Shown here: positions 8,169-12,157 of the stretch, piece after piece
Numbering within the stretch: position 1 is the stretch's first letter
Layout of the letters: each line of letters opens with the position of its first letter
Source of the DNA: an uncultured Dehalococcoidia bacterium
GTDB lineage: Bacteria > Chloroflexota > Dehalococcoidia > Lucifugimonadales > UBA3495
DNA length: 12,157 bases
Direction of reading: 5' to 3'
NCBI GenBank assembly: GCA_950072105.1
Contig: CATMOE010000085.1
Location: 1 to 12,157, forward strand
Program-made: the position numbers and the translations under genes
Notes under the pieces: model-generated
Told to the model about the DNA's origin: nothing
What the model saw: the letters and a program-made list of their open reading frames with translations, nothing else
Database searches by the model: none

Positions 8169-8325
8169 CGCTACGAAGAATCATCCATGATGTCATCTCC
8201 AAGCCAATACCAGCGCCTATACATATTTGGCGTAGAGATTAGTTGGAGCGCATGTTGTCCTGGCGGGAAATACTCAAGGCGGAGTAGGCCCCAGCGACGA
8301 CTCGAACCCAGATGGAGGGATTTCC

Positions 8326-8403
8326 GATGGACGTGATGAATAGAGACGAGACCCTGGAATTTTTGAGCCACCATGTTAAGACGGAGATGCTGATGAAGCA
8401 CCT
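8326..8403 (+). repeat. Direct repeat copy 2 (intact 5' end of the HD gene)
   Basis: 70/78 identical to 6014-6091. Confidence 0.95.
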
Positions 8404-8905
8404 TTATTCCGTGGAGGCGTCCATGCGGGGATATGCCCGCAAGTTCCAGGAGGATGAAGACCGCTGGGCAATCGCCGGGCTGCTCCACGATTTCGACTGG
8501 GAGATATGCCCCACCCCCGAAGACCATCCCAACTTCGGCGCTGAGATCCTGCGGGAGCACGGCTACCCCGACGACATCATCCGGGCAGTCCTAACCCACG
8601 GCGACCACACGGGCATCCCCAGGGAATCGTTGATGGAGCATACTTTGTTTGCTGTTGACGAGCTGTCCGGATTTATCCGGGCCGTGGCCTTGGTTCGTCC
8701 CTCCAAAAGCCTGGGCGACGTGTCTCCCCGTTCCGTCCGCCGCAAGATGAAGGACAAAAACTTCGCCAAGGACGTAAGCCGCGATGACATCGCGCGCGGA
8801 GCCGAAGAGTTGGGTATCGACCTGGACGAGCACATCGCCTTCATCGTTGAAAGCATGAAGCCCGTAGCCCAGCAGATCGACCTAGTAGCCGAACCCACTG
8901 AGTAA
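8327..8905 (+). CDS. HD-superfamily (HDIG, COG2316-like) metal-dependent phosphohydrolase
   Basis: KH..SVEA.M, GLLHDFDWE, HP..GAEIL, AVDELSGFI and RPSKS...KMKDKNFAKDVSR. ATG at 8327 has GGAGG 8 nt upstream and is preferred over 8312. Confidence 0.9.
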   Translation: MDVMNRDETLEFLSHHVKTEMLMKHLYSVEASMRGYARKFQEDEDRWAIAGLLHDFDWEICPTPEDHPNFGAEILREHGYPDDIIRAVLTHGDHTGIPRESLMEHTLFAVDELSGFIRAVALVRPSKSLGDVSPRSVRRKMKDKNFAKDVSRDDIARGAEELGIDLDEHIAFIVESMKPVAQQIDLVAEPTE

Positions 8906-8920
8906 CCGGTTTATCCGGAT

Positions 8921-9013
8921 AGTCCCCTCCTTATTGAAGGAAGGGACTTAGGGGAGGTCGTTCCCCGGGGAGATCACGCCCCCCTCTGTGGTCCTCCCTT
9001 CTGAAAGGGGGAC
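8921..9013. repeat. Cluster of C/G-run hairpins (interspersed palindromic repeat-like), possible terminator between convergent genes
   Basis: Hairpin 1: AGTCCCCTCCTT-ATTG-AAGGAAGGGACT (8921-8948, 11/12 paired). Hairpin 2: GTCCTCCCTT-CTGA-AAGGGGGAC (8991-9013, one bulge). Inner TAGGGGAGG and CCCCCCTCT flanks. Confidence 0.65.
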
Positions 9014-9035
9014 ATAGCCGCCGAAGGTGGTTGGC

Positions 9036-10362
9036 TTACTCCAGCGTGTACAGATGCCCGTCATCGCTGCCAGCGTAGACCACGCCTTCATGTACCACCG
9101 GGGACCCAAACACCCTATCCGCGGTTTTGAACCGCCAGATCTCCTCCCCGCTCTCGGCGTCTACCGCATATAGGTGCCGGTCGTGGCTCCCCACGAATAC
9201 GACGCCGTTGGCCACGGCCGGCGAGGATTTTATCTTTTTTCCGGTCGCGAATCGCCACTTCTCCTGCCCGGTGGCGATGTCCACGGCATACAGGTTTCCG
9301 TCATGGCTTCCAGAGTAGAGCACACCGTTAGCGATCGCCGGAGAGGAGTGAACAGGCCCGCCTGTTAGGAACCGCCACTTCTCCTGGCCGGTGGCTGCGT
9401 CTACCGCGTAGATGTACCAATCGAAACTCCCAAAATAGACGGTCCCTCCGGACAAGGCCGGCGTGGAAGATACCCAATCACCTGCCGCGAACCGCCAGTT
9501 TTCCTCTCCGCTTGCCAGGTCGATCGAGTAGAGATTACCGTCGTCGCTGCCGATGTAAAGCGCCCCATCGGCTAAAGCTGGAGACGACCACACTTTGCCG
9601 CCCGTCTGGAATCTCCAGATCTCCGTCCCGGTATCCGCGTCTACCGCATAGATGTTGTTGTCCCAGCTGCCGAAGTAGACTGTCCCGCCGGCAATAGCAG
9701 GCGAAGATAAAACGGCGCTGCCTGTGTTGAACTTCCACTTCTCCTCACCCGTCTCAGTGTCCAAAGCGTACATGTGGTTGGCCACGGTCCCGAAATATAC
9801 CGTACCATCGGCCACGGCCGCTGATGACTGGATCGGGCCCGGAGGCATGGCTTCGTCAGGGCGAGCTAGGAAACGCCACTTCTTTACACCGGTCTCTAGA
9901 TCTACCGCATACAGATAATTGTCGTCGCTGCCCACGAAGGCGACTCCGTCGGCAATGGCAGGCGAAGTCTGGATCTTCCCCAGCGCGTAAACAGCATACT
10001 TTTGCAGCTCTGGCGGCACTTCAGCGCCTTCAGCCATGAACTTCCATTTTAGGCGATTCCCCGGCGCCACACCTCCGGCGTCGTAGAATCCGGTGCGGGC
10101 CAGATCGCCTCGAAAGATAGCGGTCTGGTGGCTCGCCAGGTGGTATAGGTGTGGGTGTTGGCGAGGGGAGCGTGGCGGGGGCTTCGAGAGTTGCAGGCGG
10201 TGGAGTCTCAGCGGCTATCTGCGAGGTGGGCGCCGGTGCTTCTGTGGGCTGAATGGTTGGAACCGGTGAAGGCAAAGGCGTACTGGTTGCCACGGGACCG
10301 GCGCAGCCAATCAGGAACGCCAAGAAAAGGCCGCCGTTTACCCGGCGCCACCCATCGATCAC
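9036..10362 (-). pseudogene. Lipoprotein with Pro/Thr linker and 8-bladed PQQ-repeat beta-propeller (BamB-like), split by a frameshift near 10125
   Basis: Frame A (GTG at 10362) encodes a signal peptide with lipobox LIGC (Cys20) and a PT-rich linker. The +1 frame continues TAIFRGDLARTGFYD...LKWKF into eight ~40-aa repeats (SSPA..G.VY.GS.D..LYAVD..TG.EKWRF). Stop at 9036-9038. Could instead be a sequencing error. Confidence 0.8.
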
Positions 10363-11660
10363 GACCCGTCACGCTCGGTAGCGTCGATGCCAGAGAACGG
10401 GTCCCAGTCGAACTCCAAGCTCGCGTGGGGATACCGTCCCTCCATCAAAGGCAGATGGCCGGAGTCCAAAATAGGCACGTTCGACGCGAGGGCAACCGCC
10501 TGCTCTGACACCGGCTCCTCAAATCCCCACAAAGCCGGGGTCCCCACGTTTTTCCCTTGGATCAGCACCTTGAAGTCACCCAGGCCCGCTGGGCGCGCCA
10601 GGTCCAACATGCCGGTGTTGTTGGCGGCAAGTTGACGTCTGGGCAAGTCCAAAGCCGTCAAGCGGTCCCGGAGACGCGGCAACCCCAAGTTGGCAAGAAA
10701 TCTCGCCTGAGTCGTAAATCCCAGCGTTTCCAGTCCAGCTTGGCTTCCGGCGTTCATCACCGTAGTGAAATCTACTTGGGCGGTCATGTCCTGCCGGCCT
10801 ATCCGCTGCAACGGCGAGTCCGTCTGCGTGTGCCGGTAAAAGGTGGTAAGTGTACCTCTGGGCCTATCGTCCATCGAGTACAAGTCCGAGGCTACTCGCC
10901 CGTAGTCCACGGTCAAGATAAAACCAGTGTCCAAGACCTCGGCTGCATCGTCCACCCAATCGTCTATGCCCAAATTAATCTCAACTGTCTGTCCTTCGGC
11001 TAGAGTGATCCCGAGACCAGCCAACCGGGTCGCCAGCCGAGGAGTGGAAGGCTCCTTCAAGGCATACTCCAGCACATCGCCGGTCAGCGTCACGTAGACT
11101 TCTTTGAGGCTTCCCTGGCTAAGAGTGACTTGGTGCACCGGGAAGGCGTCCAGCAACTCGTTGGACAAGAGGCAACCTTTGATCCCGCGTAACGGTATCC
11201 CTCGGTGATGCTCGCCTCCCAAAGGTCCTATAGATAGCAGGGAAGCTAACCGGTTTACGGCGGCCCCTCCCGGACCCCTGGTGCTTTCTTTTTCCACACC
11301 GCCTACGACCAGCGTGTCCACGCAGACGTAGCGAAGCGACCGGGCAAAGTTTCCGGGAAGACCTGCGGCGTAACTCGTGATATCCCGGCAAAGCAGACCG
11401 TTCCCCGCGCCCAGTTCTACCACGGTGAATGTCGCAGGATGGCCCATCACCTGCCACATTTGATGCAACTGAACGCCAATGAGTGCACCGAAAGCCGGGT
11501 GAGCGTGGGGGCTGGTGTAGAAGTCGCCGGAAGATCCGATGTGGTCGGGTCCGGTATAGTAGCCGCCGCCCGGCCAAAACAAGGCCAGGCCCATGAATTC
11601 CGCAAAAGTTATCGCGCTGCTTGCCAGAATCCGGCGGCGGATTTCCTCCTCGACCGTCAT
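10359..11660 (-). CDS. Class I SAM-dependent methyltransferase, MidA/NDUFAF7 (DUF185) family
   Basis: ITFAEFM..AL..P..GYY, GDFYTSP, VELGAGNG, SNELLDAFPVH, VDYG, RGTL, G.QDMTAQVDF and LGDFKVL. Its stop overlaps the downstream GTG start (GTGA). Confidence 0.93.
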   Translation of the reverse strand: MTVEEEIRRRILASSAITFAEFMGLALFWPGGGYYTGPDHIGSSGDFYTSPHAHPAFGALIGVQLHQMWQVMGHPATFTVVELGAGNGLLCRDITSYAAGLPGNFARSLRYVCVDTLVVGGVEKESTRGPGGAAVNRLASLLSIGPLGGEHHRGIPLRGIKGCLLSNELLDAFPVHQVTLSQGSLKEVYVTLTGDVLEYALKEPSTPRLATRLAGLGITLAEGQTVEINLGIDDWVDDAAEVLDTGFILTVDYGRVASDLYSMDDRPRGTLTTFYRHTQTDSPLQRIGRQDMTAQVDFTTVMNAGSQAGLETLGFTTQARFLANLGLPRLRDRLTALDLPRRQLAANNTGMLDLARPAGLGDFKVLIQGKNVGTPALWGFEEPVSEQAVALASNVPILDSGHLPLMEGRYPHASLEFDWDPFSGIDATERDGS

Positions 11661-11666
11661 GCCGCC

Positions 11667-11672
11667 ATGGTA
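11667..11672 (-). promoter_or_regulatory. Candidate -10 element for a leaderless methyltransferase transcript
   Basis: Minus strand reads TACCAT-GGCGGC-ATG: a TAnnnT hexamer 6 nt before the ATG, with no Shine-Dalgarno. No good -35. Confidence 0.45.
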
Positions 11673-11689
11673 TACCCCGGTCCGGCAAT

Positions 11690-11717
11690 AAAAAAGAGGG
11701 CCGCAACGGCCCTCTTT
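11690..11717 (-). terminator. Rho-independent terminator of citrate synthase
   Basis: Minus strand AAAGAGGGCCG-TTG-CGGCCCTCTTTTTT: GC-rich stem followed by a T6 tract, ~30 nt after the stop. Confidence 0.88.
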
Positions 11718-11746
11718 AGCTAGGTTTGAATCTACGACGCCTAGGT

Positions 11747-12157
11747 TTAGCCGCGTTCTTCCAACGGCACGAATTCCTTATCCATTTCCCCGACGTATTC
11801 CAGCAGTGGCCGGATCAGCATGTTGTCTTCGAACTGTTCCACGCATTGGAGGGTCCAACCGGGAATCCGGCCCAAGGCGAAGATTGAGATGAACAGGTCG
11901 TCGGGAATCTCCAAAAGGTAGTAGATCGAGCCGGCGAAGAAGTCTACGTTGACGAAGATGCCCCGGGAGCGGTAGGGGACCATGACCTCGTCTTCCACGT
12001 AGGTGAGAATCTTGAACCAGTTTGGCTGTCCCTTTTTCTCGCCGAGTGCTCGGGAGCGGTCTCGCAAGTGCCTGGCTCGGGGATCTTCCGCTTTGTAGAC
12101 CCGGTGGCCAAAGCCCATGATACGGCCGCCATTGTCCAGGATGTTGCGGCAGTACTC
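11747..12157 (-). CDS. Citrate synthase / 2-methylcitrate synthase, C-terminal part (5'-truncated by window edge)
   Basis: Frame open from 12157 (EYCRNILDNGGRI-MGFGHRVYK). Signature GFGHRVYK.EDPRA, catalytic NVDF, and F...R.PGW..Q..EQ.....LIRP. Confidence 0.95.
   Translation of the reverse strand, partial: EYCRNILDNGGRIMGFGHRVYKAEDPRARHLRDRSRALGEKKGQPNWFKILTYVEDEVMVPYRSRGIFVNVDFFAGSIYYLLEIPDDLFISIFALGRIPGWTLQCVEQFEDNMLIRPLLEYVGEMDKEFVPLEERG

Noticed and set aside
8288..8311. tRNA 3'-end-like sequence on the minus strand (CTGGG-TTCGAGT-CGTCG-CTGGGGC) near the right junction
   Set aside because: The T-loop-like heptamer is present, but the T-stem has only 2 Watson-Crick pairs plus a wobble, there is no CCA, and there is no 5' half. 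Probably chance; blastn against host tRNAs would settle it.
6014..8403. 78-bp repeat pair as a diversity-generating retroelement TR/VR
   Set aside because: Mismatches are not adenine-specific in either copy or on either strand (copy 1 bases T,T,C,A,C,A,A,T; copy 2 A,G,T,G,T,G,G,G). The repeat is at a gene's 5' end, and there is no reverse transcriptase in the window.
8171..8560. Antisense ORFs 8171-8560 and 5856-6089 sharing a similar peptide (LHQH..LN.V.QKF.GLV.IHHVH)
   Set aside because: The similarity is just the reverse complement of the 78-bp repeat, not a separate gene family.
9040..9970. ~120-bp periodic DNA similarity as a CRISPR or tandem array
   Set aside because: Fully explained by the 40-aa PQQ-type propeller blades. 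There are no identical repeats with unique spacers.

Overview
GC-rich bacterial window, mostly housekeeping and metabolic genes. Gene content and the Pro/Thr-linker lipoprotein suggest Chloroflexota (Dehalococcoidia/SAR202-like); this is inference only. Gene order: partial DUF6623-like ORF (+), ChrA-family transporter (-), aldehyde dehydrogenase (+), two GC-rich REP-like palindromes, cytoplasmic 7-Asp-box beta-propeller (-), DUF2203 (-), tRNA m1A58 methyltransferase TrmI (+), amidohydrolase (+), divergent CinA/PncC-like protein (+), HD-domain hydrolase (+), a hairpin cluster, a frameshifted PQQ-repeat lipoprotein (-), MidA/NDUFAF7-type methyltransferase (-), an intrinsic terminator, and the 3' end of citrate synthase (-). 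The main non-obvious structure is a 78-bp direct repeat (70/78 identical) of the HD gene's 5' end, at 6014-6091 and 8326-8403. It brackets the amidohydrolase and CinA genes, implying a ~2.3-kb insertion into an ancestral overlapping trmI-HD pair with no recombinase in view. The left copy survives as a 34-codon ORF bridging trmI and the amidohydrolase. No CRISPR, rRNA, intact tRNA, integrase or transposase was seen.
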